The position numbers and the translations under genes are program-made. From the NCBI GenBank assembly GCA_029060215.1, contig JAIDUK010000035.1, positions 13,235 to 77,234 of the forward strand: a stretch of DNA of 64,000 nucleotides, given 5' to 3'. Under the pieces are notes generated by a model that had not been told where the DNA came from, did no database searches, and saw only the letters and a list, made by a program, of their open reading frames with translations. Shown here one piece after another: positions 1-8,710 of the stretch (positions are counted from its first letter, which is position 1; every line of letters starts with the position of its first letter). Origin of the DNA: Alistipes sp. (GTDB lineage: Bacteria > Bacteroidota > Bacteroidia > Bacteroidales > Rikenellaceae).

Positions 1-277
1 CGCCCGATGCGCGGCCGACATGCAGCAGTACTTGGCGGTTGGCCCATGCGAAGGGTACGGTGATGCGGGCCGTCAGGCGGTTGCCGTCGCGGGTCCATTC
101 GTCGAGCCGCGTGAAATAGCGGTTGTTGCGGCCCGTTGCCGCCGCCGCTTCTTCGCGGGTGGGGTAGCTTATCGCGGTTCCGCGCGGCAGTTCGAGCCCT
201 TGCGAGGGGGTGTATTCCTGTGCGCCGAGCGTGCCGCAGAGGGCCAGCGCCATCCATGCCGTAAGTATCTTGCGCAT
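1..277 (-). CDS. Secreted protein, truncated at the window edge; resembles a GH2-type N-terminal sugar-binding domain
   Basis: Not in the ORF track; translated by hand from ATG at 277: MRKILTAWMALALCGTLGAQEYTPSQG...ITVPFAWANRQVLLHVGRASG. Signal-peptide-like start; the VP..W..R.V.LH pattern recalls GH2 N-terminal domains. Confidence 0.6.
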   Translation of the reverse strand, partial: MRKILTAWMALALCGTLGAQEYTPSQGLELPRGTAISYPTREEAAAATGRNNRYFTRLDEWTRDGNRLTARITVPFAWANRQVLLHVGRASG

Positions 278-460
278 AATCGTCACTCTTGTCCCGGGGC
301 CGCAGCGCCCGGGCGGTTGATGGGACGAAGATACTTATTATTCGCCGAAAAGCGAAAGGTCGGGGGTGAAAAGTGCGTTTCGAACCCGGGCGGAGAAAAA
401 AATTATCGTTATCTTGCGCCTGCAAAATCGGCCCCTGCTATGGATTCTTCTCTTCCCGAC

Positions 461-913
461 ATGCCTGCGTTTCCGCGGCTCAACTTCCCGCCCGTGCGTC
501 TGCGGGCGCGTCGGCGCGGCGATGCGGTGGAGGTGTGGGACGGCCTGCGGGGCATCTATCTGGTGCTCACCCCCGAGGAGTGGGTGCGGCAGCATCTGAT
601 CGCCTACCTCGTCTCGGCTTGCGGCGTGCAGGCCAAGCGGGTGGTCGAGGAGTATGCCGTGGCGCTCAACGGGCAGCCTCAGCGGGCCGACGTCGTCGTC
701 GTGGGCGATCGGGCCGAGCCCTTGTTGCTGGCCGAGTGCAAGGCTCCCGACATCCCCATCGGCGAGCGTACGTTGGCGCAGGCCGTGCGTTACAATTCGG
801 TGCTCGGCGCGCGGTGGATCGTCCTCACCAACGGTTTGCGGCATTATTGCTGGGAGCGGCGCGACGGGCGCTACGTCCAGCTTTCAGGCTTCCCCGATCT
901 GGCTGCGCTATAG
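461..913 (+). CDS. Stand-alone type I restriction enzyme HsdR N-terminal domain protein (PD-(D/E)xK-like)
   Basis: TPEEWVRQH, RADVVV, LLAECKAP and QAVRYN motifs. Start more likely ATG 461 (or 440) than 20. Confidence 0.8.
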   Translation: MPAFPRLNFPPVRLRARRRGDAVEVWDGLRGIYLVLTPEEWVRQHLIAYLVSACGVQAKRVVEEYAVALNGQPQRADVVVVGDRAEPLLLAECKAPDIPIGERTLAQAVRYNSVLGARWIVLTNGLRHYCWERRDGRYVQLSGFPDLAAL

Positions 914-1651
914 ATTCTTGAAATTGGTGTCGATGTAGCGTTGGAACGCTTCTTTGTAGTTCTCGCCGATCGGCACATATTCCGTGTCGCTCAGGAAGAT
1001 ACGTCCCTTTACATAGGATTTGATGCACCGCAGGTTGACAATGTAGGAGCGGTGTACGCGCATGAATTGTTCGGAGGGCAGCGCTGTTTCCATGTTCTTG
1101 AGCCGGAAAAGCGTCGTGATGGCCGTGCCGTCGGCCAAGTGCATCCGTACGTATTCGCCCTCGCTTTCCAAGTAGACGATGTCGGCAATGCGCACCAGCG
1201 ACACCTTGTAGTCGGCTTTCACCGAGATGTATTCCTTGTCTTTGGGTTCCGCTTCGGAGGTCTCCCCCGGGGCGGCGTCGCGTTGGTTGCGGCGCAGTTC
1301 GTAGAGCGAGTTGGCCTTGGCCGCCGCCCGGCTGAAGTCGGAGAATCCGAAGGGTTTGAGCAGGTAGTCCACCGCATCGAGTTTGAATCCGTCGATGGCG
1401 TATTCCGAGTAGGCCGTGGTGAAGATCACCATCGGGCGTTCGGTGAGCGAGCGCACGAATTCCACGCCGTTCAGGTCGGGCATGTTGATGTCTACGAAGA
1501 TCAGGTCGACGGCTTGCGTGGCCAGCAGTTGCTGGGCTTCCAGTGCGTTGTTGCATGAGGCCGCCATTTGCAGGTAGGGGATCTTGGCTATGTAGGCCGC
1601 GATCTGGCGCAGGGCCAGCGGTTCGTCGTCGATGGCGATACACTTAAGCAT
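908..1651 (-). CDS. LytTR-family response regulator
   Basis: Receiver domain (IAIDDEPLA, FVDINMP, FTTAY, YLLKP) plus LytTR domain (FMRVHRSYIVN). Confidence 0.95.
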   Translation of the reverse strand: MLKCIAIDDEPLALRQIAAYIAKIPYLQMAASCNNALEAQQLLATQAVDLIFVDINMPDLNGVEFVRSLTERPMVIFTTAYSEYAIDGFKLDAVDYLLKPFGFSDFSRAAAKANSLYELRRNQRDAAPGETSEAEPKDKEYISVKADYKVSLVRIADIVYLESEGEYVRMHLADGTAITTLFRLKNMETALPSEQFMRVHRSYIVNLRCIKSYVKGRIFLSDTEYVPIGENYKEAFQRYIDTNFKNL

Positions 1652-2696
1652 GGAGTGCAGGGATTACGAGTTCAACGGTGTAGGTGTCGGCTTCTTCGCG
1701 GATGTCGAGCGTGTAGCCCTTGTGGCCGTAGATCAGTTCGAGGCGTTTGTGCACGTTCTCCAGTCCGATTCCCGCTTTGTGGCGCACGTCGCGCGAGGAG
1801 TGGCGGCTGTTGACGATCGTCGCCAGCACCTTGTCGTCGTCGTAGCCCACCCGCAGGTGGATGAACGACGGGCGGTTGTAGCTCACCCCGTGTTTGAAGG
1901 CATTTTCCACAAAGACGATCAGCAGCAGCGGCGGTATCGACACCGCAGCCGACAGGTCGCGCGGATACTCCACCCGGATGTCGATGGCGTCGGTGTAGCG
2001 GATGCGCATCAGTTCGATGTAGTTCATCAGGAACTGCATGTCGTGTTCGAGCGAGATGCGTTCGCGGCCCGAATCGTAGAGTACGTAGCGCATCATCTTC
2101 GAGAGTTCGATCACGGTGTTCTTGGCGTATTCGGGGTCGATGTCGATGAGCGCATGGATGTTGTTGAGCGTGTTCATGAAGAAGTGCGGGTTGATCTGGT
2201 ACTTCAGGTAGTCCATCTCGGCCTGCAAGTTCTGTTGTTTGAGCGCTTCCATGTGTTGTTCGTCGCGGATCGACTGGTACATGAGTTTGATGCCCGAGTT
2301 GGCGCCGTTCATGAAGAGGGCCAGCACCACGTTCCAGTACATCTCCAGATTGGAGAACGACACGCCGCGCAGTTCTCCGCCCGGCGGCGGCACGGCGTTG
2401 GGCAGGTCGGTGAAGAAGTAGACCGGGGTGAAGACGCCCAGTATCAGCAGGAGGTTGCCCGCTATGTACTTCCAATATTTGTGGCGGAGCATGTAGCGCG
2501 GCGCCAGCACCGTGTTGTGGACGATGAAGATGAGCAGATAGGGGGCGACCTGCCGCCATGCGATCAGCACGTTTTCGATGCTCACATGCAGTTCGGCCAT
2601 CATCTGCGAGTTGAGCACCGGCACCAGAATGATCGCCGACCACACCATCACATAGAGCAGGTTCTCGCCTATGGCTTGTTTTTTCTGTATTTTCAT
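1644..2696 (-). CDS. LytS/YehU-type sensor histidine kinase
   Basis: N-terminal TM helices, LKYQINPHFFMNTLNNI, LSKMMRYVL, FVENAFKHG, GIGLENV. Start MKIQKK at 2696; overlaps the LytTR gene. Confidence 0.93.
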   Translation of the reverse strand: MKIQKKQAIGENLLYVMVWSAIILVPVLNSQMMAELHVSIENVLIAWRQVAPYLLIFIVHNTVLAPRYMLRHKYWKYIAGNLLLILGVFTPVYFFTDLPNAVPPPGGELRGVSFSNLEMYWNVVLALFMNGANSGIKLMYQSIRDEQHMEALKQQNLQAEMDYLKYQINPHFFMNTLNNIHALIDIDPEYAKNTVIELSKMMRYVLYDSGRERISLEHDMQFLMNYIELMRIRYTDAIDIRVEYPRDLSAAVSIPPLLLIVFVENAFKHGVSYNRPSFIHLRVGYDDDKVLATIVNSRHSSRDVRHKAGIGLENVHKRLELIYGHKGYTLDIREEADTYTVELVIPALHA

Positions 2697-2734
2697 GTCG
2701 TAAAGGTAGCAAAAAAGTCGGTTGTGCGGCGGCC

Positions 2735-4003
2735 TCAGTTTTTCAGACAGCCTATCGGCACCACCAGCACTCCGTCGTCGCGCCGGTAGGCGAATTCTCC
2801 GCCCGTCAGAACCATCAGGAACGAGGGTTCGCCCATCTTCTCGGTGTTCACCCGGCCGGCCAGCGTCAGCAGATGCCCGGCGGCTTCCTCGATCTGGCGG
2901 TTGCCCAGTTTCACTTCCACCGCCGCCCAGCGGCCGTCGTGCAGGTGTATGATCATGTCGGCTTCCAGCCCCGTTTTGTCGCGGTAGTGGAATACTTCGC
3001 CGTCGTTGTCCTGTGCGTAGATGCGTATGTCGCGGGCGCACAGCGATTCGAACAGGAAGCCGAACGTCTCGAAGTCGTCGAGCAGTTCGTCGGGCGAGGT
3101 GCGCATGACCGCCGTGGCGATCGACGGGTCTACGAAATGGCGTTTCTGCGCGGTGCGGATGGCGGTTTTCGAGCGCAGCGAGGGTTGCCATGCCGGCATG
3201 TCTTCCACTACGAATATCCGGCGCAGGGCGTTCAGATAGCCCGCAAGCGTCTTTTCCGAAATCGTCATGTCGTTGGCTTCCACATCGGCTTTGATGGTCT
3301 GCGCCGTGGCCATCGTCGCTACGTTGCGGGCCAGCGAGCGCAGCAGCATGCGCACCCGTTCGGGGTTCTTTTCGGTGCCGTCGACCCGTTGCACGTCCAT
3401 GTTGATCACCGCTTCCACATAGTTGGTCGCCATGCGCAGGGCCGCAGGGCCCCCGGTTTTCACGGCCGCCGGCCAGCCGCCGCGGCAGATGGCATGGGCA
3501 ATGCGTTCGATGGTCAGTTCGCTCGCGCCTTCGATTTCCCGGTTGCCGTCGAAAAGTTCTTTCAGCGACACCGTGCCGTTCGATTCCAGCGATTCGTACA
3601 GGCTCATCGGGCGCATCAGCATGCGCGATATGCGGCCCGTGCCCGTGTGCGCCGTCGCGCCGTCGGTCGGTACGGCCGAGCCCGTCAGCAGAAATTGGCC
3701 CATCGCGTCGCGGCGGTCCACCTCGAAGCGGACGGCGTCCCACAGTACGGGCGCCATCTGCCATTCGTCGATCAGCCGCGGCGTCGCGCCTTTCAGCAGC
3801 AGCGAGGGTTTCGTGTCGGCCAAGTTCAGATAGGCGCTCGCTTTGTCGGGGTCTTGCATGTAGAGTACGCTGCGGGCCGCCCGGTGGGCCGTGCTGGTCT
3901 TGCCGCACCACTTGGCGCCTTCGATCAGTACCGCGCCCGCCGCACCGAGTTCGCGTTGCAGTACGTTGTCCGATATGCGGTGCAGATAGTTGGTTTGTTT
4001 CAT
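2735..4003 (-). CDS. AAA+ ATPase (AAA_14-like) with C-terminal DUF4143-like nuclease-fold domain
   Basis: Walker A GAKWCGKTS, Walker B LIDEWQ, FLLTGS, GGWP, KRHFVDPS, EADMII...AVEVKLG. Confidence 0.88.
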   Translation of the reverse strand: MKQTNYLHRISDNVLQRELGAAGAVLIEGAKWCGKTSTAHRAARSVLYMQDPDKASAYLNLADTKPSLLLKGATPRLIDEWQMAPVLWDAVRFEVDRRDAMGQFLLTGSAVPTDGATAHTGTGRISRMLMRPMSLYESLESNGTVSLKELFDGNREIEGASELTIERIAHAICRGGWPAAVKTGGPAALRMATNYVEAVINMDVQRVDGTEKNPERVRMLLRSLARNVATMATAQTIKADVEANDMTISEKTLAGYLNALRRIFVVEDMPAWQPSLRSKTAIRTAQKRHFVDPSIATAVMRTSPDELLDDFETFGFLFESLCARDIRIYAQDNDGEVFHYRDKTGLEADMIIHLHDGRWAAVEVKLGNRQIEEAAGHLLTLAGRVNTEKMGEPSFLMVLTGGEFAYRRDDGVLVVPIGCLKN

Positions 4004-4103
4004 GGTGTTTCTGCCTTGTCGTGCCGGGGCGTTGTGCAGACGTCTCCGCAGCCCGTTTATCCTTGGTTTTCTGGGGCAAATATAGTTATTATTTCGTCCC
4101 CTG

Positions 4104-4111
4104 CAAATATA
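4104..4111 (-). promoter_or_regulatory. Bacteroidota sigma-A -7 element (TAtaTTTG) for the AAA ATPase gene
   Basis: CAAATATA on + equals TATATTTG on -, about 100 bp upstream of ATG 4003. Confidence 0.6.
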
Positions 4112-4200
4112 ATTCCCGATTTTGGCGCTATTTTATTCCCAATTTTGGCATTGAATAATTCCCGATTTTGGCGCCATTTTACTCCCTGTTTTGGCGTTTT
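4112..4200. repeat. Four tandem 23-bp imperfect repeats, core A(T/C)TCCC..TTTTGGC
   Basis: Cores start at 4112, 4135, 4158 and 4181, an exact 23-bp period. Confidence 0.85.
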
Positions 4201-4228
4201 TGCAGTCGGCAGATTGCGGTCTCGGCAC

Positions 4229-4261
4229 AAAAATCCCCCGCTGCGGTTGTTGCGGCGGGGG
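4229..4261 (-). terminator. Intrinsic terminator after the acyl-CoA ligase gene
   Basis: GC stem-loop followed by a T run on the - strand, about 20 bp past the stop at 4283. Confidence 0.7.
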
Positions 4262-4282
4262 TGTGCAGGCGGTCGCGGGGCT

Positions 4283-5983
4283 TTATTTCCCCAGCACCGA
4301 CGTGGTGTACAGATAGCGTTTGATGCTGCGCTTGGGGGTCTTTTCGAATTCGGTGGGGTAGAGTACGATCTCCGACACCCGTTCGTAGGCCGCCAGCTGC
4401 GCGTTCAGTTCTTCCAGATTGTTCTGCATGATGCCCGGCAGTTCGTCCTTGTCCACGCCTTCGTTTTCGGCTTGTTCGTAGTCGGGGACCACCAGCGCCC
4501 GCAGGCGGCCGTTGCCCACATCGATTACCAGTGATTCGAGCACCATATACATGTTGTTCAGCTTGTCTTCGATTTCTTCCGGGTAGATGTTCTGCCCGTT
4601 GCCCGAAAGTATCATCGTCTTCGAGCGGCCGCGGATGTAGAGTGTGCCGTCGGGGTCCATCGTGCCCATGTCGCCCGTGTGCAGCCAGCCCTCGGCGTCC
4701 AGTACCTTCTGCGTGTCCGCCTCGTTTTTGTAGTAGCCTTCCATCACATGTTCGCCGCGCACCAGTATCTCGCCCGCCGTGCGTTCCGGGTCGGGCGAAT
4801 CGATCCGCACTTCGAGCAGATTCTTCAGGTAGGTGCCGCACGAGCCTGCTTTGAATTCGTTGTCCGGGGCAAAACTGATAAGCGGCGCGCATTCGGTCAT
4901 GCCGTAGCCGATCGTGATCGGGAATTTGATCTTCATCAGGAACGCTTCGGTCTCCTGATTCATCGGCGCGCCGCCCACGATGAATATCGATACGTTGCCT
5001 CCGAACGCATCCATCAGTTTCTTGCGGATGACCGAGTATATCGCCGCGTTGACCAGCGGAATCTTCACCGCCAAGCTCATCGGCCCTTTTTCCAGCAGCG
5101 GCAGCACTTGTTTGCGGTAGACTTTCTCCAGTATCATCGGCACGCAGCAGATGATCGTCGGGCGCACTACCGACATCGCTTCTATGAGTATCTTCGGCGA
5201 GGGGATGCGTCCCAGCAGCGTGATGTGTCCTCCTACGGCCAGCGGGGCCAGAAAGTCGAAGGCACAGCCGTAGGCATGGGCCAGCGGCAGGAACGAGAGG
5301 GTCCGGCCGCCTTTCTGGAAGTAGCGCAGCCCCGTCTGGGTGTTCACTGCTTCCTTGGCGAACAGTACGTTGCCCGTCAGGTTGTTCACCGTCAGCATCA
5401 CCCCTTTCGAGTAGCCCGTCGTGCCCGAGGTGTAGTTCAGCAGCGTCACCCGGTCGTTGGGGATTTCCGGGTATTTGATGTCGTTGATGCTGAATCCCCG
5501 CGGGTATTTGGCCCGGTAGTTCTTCAGTATGTCGCGTTGGAACTTGGTCAGCGACTTGCCTTCGCGTTCGTAGATCGTTCGGAAATCCGTCAGCGAGAAT
5601 ACCGCTTCGATCTGGCGGATTTGTTCTTCTTCGATCACATCCCAGAAGTTGTCGCTCAGGAACAGCAGGCGGCTCTCCGAGTGGTTGATGATGTGGATTA
5701 CATCGTTAGGCGTGAAGTCTTGCAGGATCGGTACTATGACCGCCCCATAGGTGATCGTGCCTATGTAGGTGATGCACCAGCGGGGGTTGTTGCGGCCGAT
5801 GAGCGCTATCTTGTCGCCTTGTTTGACGCCCGCTTTCTTGAACAGCAGGTGGAGTTTGGCTATCTCCTTGGCCATTTCGTAGTACGAGAAGGTCTCGCCG
5901 TTGAAATAGTCGGTCAGCGCCGGCATCTCGCGGTTTTCACGGAAGCTCGCTTCGTAGATTTTCAGTAGGTTTTCCTGTAACAT
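4283..5983 (-). CDS. Long-chain fatty acid-CoA ligase (AMP-binding)
   Basis: YTSGTTGYSKG, GYGMTE, GWLHTGDMG, YIRGRSK adenylate-forming motifs. Confidence 0.93.
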   Translation of the reverse strand: MLQENLLKIYEASFRENREMPALTDYFNGETFSYYEMAKEIAKLHLLFKKAGVKQGDKIALIGRNNPRWCITYIGTITYGAVIVPILQDFTPNDVIHIINHSESRLLFLSDNFWDVIEEEQIRQIEAVFSLTDFRTIYEREGKSLTKFQRDILKNYRAKYPRGFSINDIKYPEIPNDRVTLLNYTSGTTGYSKGVMLTVNNLTGNVLFAKEAVNTQTGLRYFQKGGRTLSFLPLAHAYGCAFDFLAPLAVGGHITLLGRIPSPKILIEAMSVVRPTIICCVPMILEKVYRKQVLPLLEKGPMSLAVKIPLVNAAIYSVIRKKLMDAFGGNVSIFIVGGAPMNQETEAFLMKIKFPITIGYGMTECAPLISFAPDNEFKAGSCGTYLKNLLEVRIDSPDPERTAGEILVRGEHVMEGYYKNEADTQKVLDAEGWLHTGDMGTMDPDGTLYIRGRSKTMILSGNGQNIYPEEIEDKLNNMYMVLESLVIDVGNGRLRALVVPDYEQAENEGVDKDELPGIMQNNLEELNAQLAAYERVSEIVLYPTEFEKTPKRSIKRYLYTTSVLGK

Positions 5984-6056
5984 AACGTGGAGTTCTTGCG
6001 CGCAAAAACCGGACCGGACGAATCATGCCGCGCGGCCTCGTGGAGTATGCGCCGGG

Positions 6057-6752
6057 CTATTTTCGGTCCGTGCCGTCGTTTTTCGGCGCCGCGCCGTCGG
6101 TTCGGGTGCGGCGGGGTTTCCAGATGTGGATTTTCGATTCGGTGCCTTTGCGCAGGCGTTTGATGTTCTTGCGATGGGTCACGATCAGCAGGATCGCTAT
6201 CACGAACGAGAATACCACGAAGGCTTTCGAGCCGTTGACTTTGGGCGATATCAGTGTGAATACCGGGAAGCAGCAGCCCGCAATCATCGACGAGAGCGAT
6301 ACGTAGTGCGAAATCATCAGCACCACGATCCACACTCCGAAGCAGAGCAGCGCCGCCGGGGGGTAGATGCCCGTCACGGCTCCTACCAGCGTCGCCACGC
6401 CTTTGCCGCCGCGGAATCCCGCGAAAACAGGGAATATGTGGCCCAGCACGGCCGCTACTACGGCTCCGATCTTCAGGTTGATGATGTCGTTCTGGCCGAT
6501 CAGAACATCGTATTGCATCAGTTCGATGATCGTCACCGCGACGAATCCTTTCAGGAAGTCCAGTGCGAATACCGGGGCTGCGGCCCGGCGGCCCAGTACG
6601 CGCAGCATGTTGGTCGTTCCGGCGTTCTTGCTCCCGTGTTCGCGGATGTCTATGCCGTAGTACTTCTTGCCGATCCACACGGCGCTCGGTATCGAGCCCA
6701 GCAGATAGGCAAGTACGATCATCGTCGTGGCGGTATAAATCGTTAGTATCAT
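6057..6752 (-). CDS. plsY: Glycerol-3-phosphate acyltransferase PlsY
   Basis: YLLGSIPS, GSKNAGTTN, DFLKG, GHIFP, FRGGKGVAT, HRKNIKRL. Start at 6752. Confidence 0.95.
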   Translation of the reverse strand: MILTIYTATTMIVLAYLLGSIPSAVWIGKKYYGIDIREHGSKNAGTTNMLRVLGRRAAAPVFALDFLKGFVAVTIIELMQYDVLIGQNDIINLKIGAVVAAVLGHIFPVFAGFRGGKGVATLVGAVTGIYPPAALLCFGVWIVVLMISHYVSLSSMIAGCCFPVFTLISPKVNGSKAFVVFSFVIAILLIVTHRKNIKRLRKGTESKIHIWKPRRTRTDGAAPKNDGTDRK

Positions 6753-6860
6753 GGTCTGTTCGGTATGGTTCGTTATGCAAATATAGCCAAAATTTTCATA
6801 TTCGGACATTTCGGCATAAAAATCGGACGAGTTGAACAGGATTTGCCTTAAGGCGAGGAT

Positions 6861-6986
6861 TAATGAATAATTAATAAGGAATAGGGAATAATTGTTTTCG
6901 GGCCTGAGGTCAATTATTCATTGCGTCCGCGGCTCTCGGTCCGAAGTTAATTTTCTCCCACCCTCAGCGTAGTTAATTATTCATTA
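6861..6986. mobile_element. MITE-like AT-rich element with 14-bp terminal inverted repeats
   Basis: TAATGAATAATTAA (6861-6874) and its exact reverse complement (6973-6986); the internal hairpin recurs inverted at 33403-33452. Confidence 0.5.
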
Positions 6987-7019
6987 TCAACTATTCATCA
7001 TTCACTGGCTCCCAGCCCC

Positions 7020-7270
7020 GTCATTGCGAGCGAGTATAACGAGCGTGGCAATCTGAACAAACCACTGCGGCTTTCCGAAGCACCCGTTTTCTCGTCCGTT
7101 ATCGCAAGGCCCTTGCCCTCGCAAAGGCTACGTTATCGCACAGTGCACAACATCAAAGAGTCCGCCCCGTCATTGCAAGGCGCCCAGCCCTCTCCCGTCA
7201 TTGCGGGCGTAGTGTTGAAGCCCCCTCGTCATTGCGAGCGAATGCAATGAGCGTGGCAATCTGAACAAAG
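7020..7270. repeat. REP-like cluster (GTCATTGCGAG...TGGCAATC hairpins)
   Basis: Full units at 7020-7061 and 7228-7269 plus partial units between them. Confidence 0.85.
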
Positions 7271-7374
7271 CGTTATTGCTTTCCCAAGCACCCGCTCTTC
7301 TGCAAAACGTTGTTGCGAAGACCGCCGCGCAGCAGCAAAAATCGATTTTTCATTCTTCATTTTTCATTTTTAAT

Positions 7375-7382
7375 TATCTTTG
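7375..7382 (+). promoter_or_regulatory. -7 promoter element (TAtcTTTG) for thiL
   Basis: Consensus TAnnTTTG ending 6 nt before ATG 7389. Confidence 0.55.
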
Positions 7383-7388
7383 TTCGCC

Positions 7389-8327
7389 ATGACCGAATTC
7401 GGATTCATAGAGACCATCCGCACGCTGTGCGCCGACCTGCCGCTGGGCGGCTTCGAGGGCATCGGCGACGACTGCGCCGTGTTGCCGCTCGGCAACGGCG
7501 AATCGTTGGTATTCACAACCGACCTGCTGACCGAAGGGGTGCATTTCCTGCGCGGGGCCACCTCGCCCGAGGAGTTGGGCGGCAAGGCCTTGGCGGTCAA
7601 CCTGAGCGATGTGGCCGCCATGGGAGCCCGTCCGGTGGCCACCCTGCTGTCGTTGTCGCTGCCCGCAGATGCCACCGACGACTGGGCCGCCCGTTTCATG
7701 CAGGGCTACCACGCGTTGTCGGCCCGCTGCGGCGCGGCGCTCGTCGGCGGCGACACCACCCGCTCGCAAACGGGCATCACGATCAACGTGACGGCCATCG
7801 GGCGGGCGAAAGATGCCCATCTGAAACGCCGCAGCGCAGCACGCCCGGGCGACATCCTGTTGGTGACGGACCCGCTGGGCGCATCGGGCGCCGGACTGCG
7901 CGACATCCTCGCCGGGAACTTCGGCACCCCGCTGGCCGCGCTCCACCGCAATCCGCTGCCGCAGGTCGAGGAGGGGCTGTGGCTCGGCATGCGTCCCGAG
8001 GTGCATGCGATGATGGACCTTTCGGACGGGCTGGCGTCGGACGTGCGCCGGATCATGGAACAATCGGGGGTAGGCACGGCCATCGAGCTGACGCAGATAC
8101 CCGTGGCCGAGGGCAGCGACCTGCGCACGGCCGCCTGCGGGGGCGAAGACTACAAACTATTGCTGACGGCGGCTCCCGAAGCGGCAGAACGGCTCGCAAC
8201 CGATTTCCGCAAGCGGTTCGGCCGGACGCTCTACCCGATAGGCCGCGTCGAAGCCGGAAACGGCCTGCGCTGGCTGGACCGAGGAACGGAAACGCAACTC
8301 GATTGGCAGGGATTCACCCACTATTGA
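7389..8327 (+). CDS. thiL: Thiamine-monophosphate kinase
   Basis: MTEFGFI, GIGDDCAVL, VNLSDVAAMG, GGDTT, MDLSDGLASD, GGEDYKLL. Confidence 0.95.
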   Translation: MTEFGFIETIRTLCADLPLGGFEGIGDDCAVLPLGNGESLVFTTDLLTEGVHFLRGATSPEELGGKALAVNLSDVAAMGARPVATLLSLSLPADATDDWAARFMQGYHALSARCGAALVGGDTTRSQTGITINVTAIGRAKDAHLKRRSAARPGDILLVTDPLGASGAGLRDILAGNFGTPLAALHRNPLPQVEEGLWLGMRPEVHAMMDLSDGLASDVRRIMEQSGVGTAIELTQIPVAEGSDLRTAACGGEDYKLLLTAAPEAAERLATDFRKRFGRTLYPIGRVEAGNGLRWLDRGTETQLDWQGFTHY

Positions 8328-8408
8328 CCCGCCCGGCAACCGCATCGCAAACCTCTGCGACAACTACCCCTTGCGCATCCGGGCACAAACACACCCGCCC
8401 GAACAAAC

Positions 8409-8436
8409 AAAAGCCCCGTTTCTAACGGGGCTCTTC
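8409..8436. terminator. Probable bidirectional terminator between thiL and the FtsB-like gene
   Basis: Stem AGCCCCGTT/AACGGGGCT with an A run on the left, overlapping the convergent stop codon. Confidence 0.65.
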
Positions 8437-8703
8437 AATGATGTATACATGGTCGTCGGGACGCCGCATCCGGAAATGCTCGCGGGCGTACTCCTCCAAA
8501 TATTCGTCGTAGCGAAGCTGCCGGAGCAGCAGGCTGTCGGCGGTGATTTTGGCCTGAAAGGCGGTCTTCTGTCGGTTCAGCGCGTTGATCTGCCGTTGGA
8601 TCCGGATGGCATGGACGACGTTGCGCCCCACGACGAACAGCGTGAAGACGACGATCAGCAACGTGGCGGCGATCCAGAATCTTTTGACCAAACGGGCATC
8701 CAT
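8422..8703 (-). CDS. Septum formation initiator (FtsB/DivIC-like) protein
   Basis: One TM helix, coiled coil, EEYAREHFRMRRPDDHVYII. Start MDARL at 8703. Confidence 0.75.
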   Translation of the reverse strand: MDARLVKRFWIAATLLIVVFTLFVVGRNVVHAIRIQRQINALNRQKTAFQAKITADSLLLRQLRYDEYLEEYAREHFRMRRPDDHVYIIEEPR

Positions 8704-8710
8704 GCGGCAA

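Noticed and set aside
461-4003. HsdR_N gene plus AAA-DUF4143 gene as a single restriction/defence system
   Set aside because: They lie on opposite strands separated by an ordinary LytS/LytTR pair, and no methylase or specificity subunit is present.
2697-4079. 811-aa version of the histidine kinase
   Set aside because: The upstream part is an alternative frame over the AAA ATPase gene; the kinase plausibly starts at 2696.
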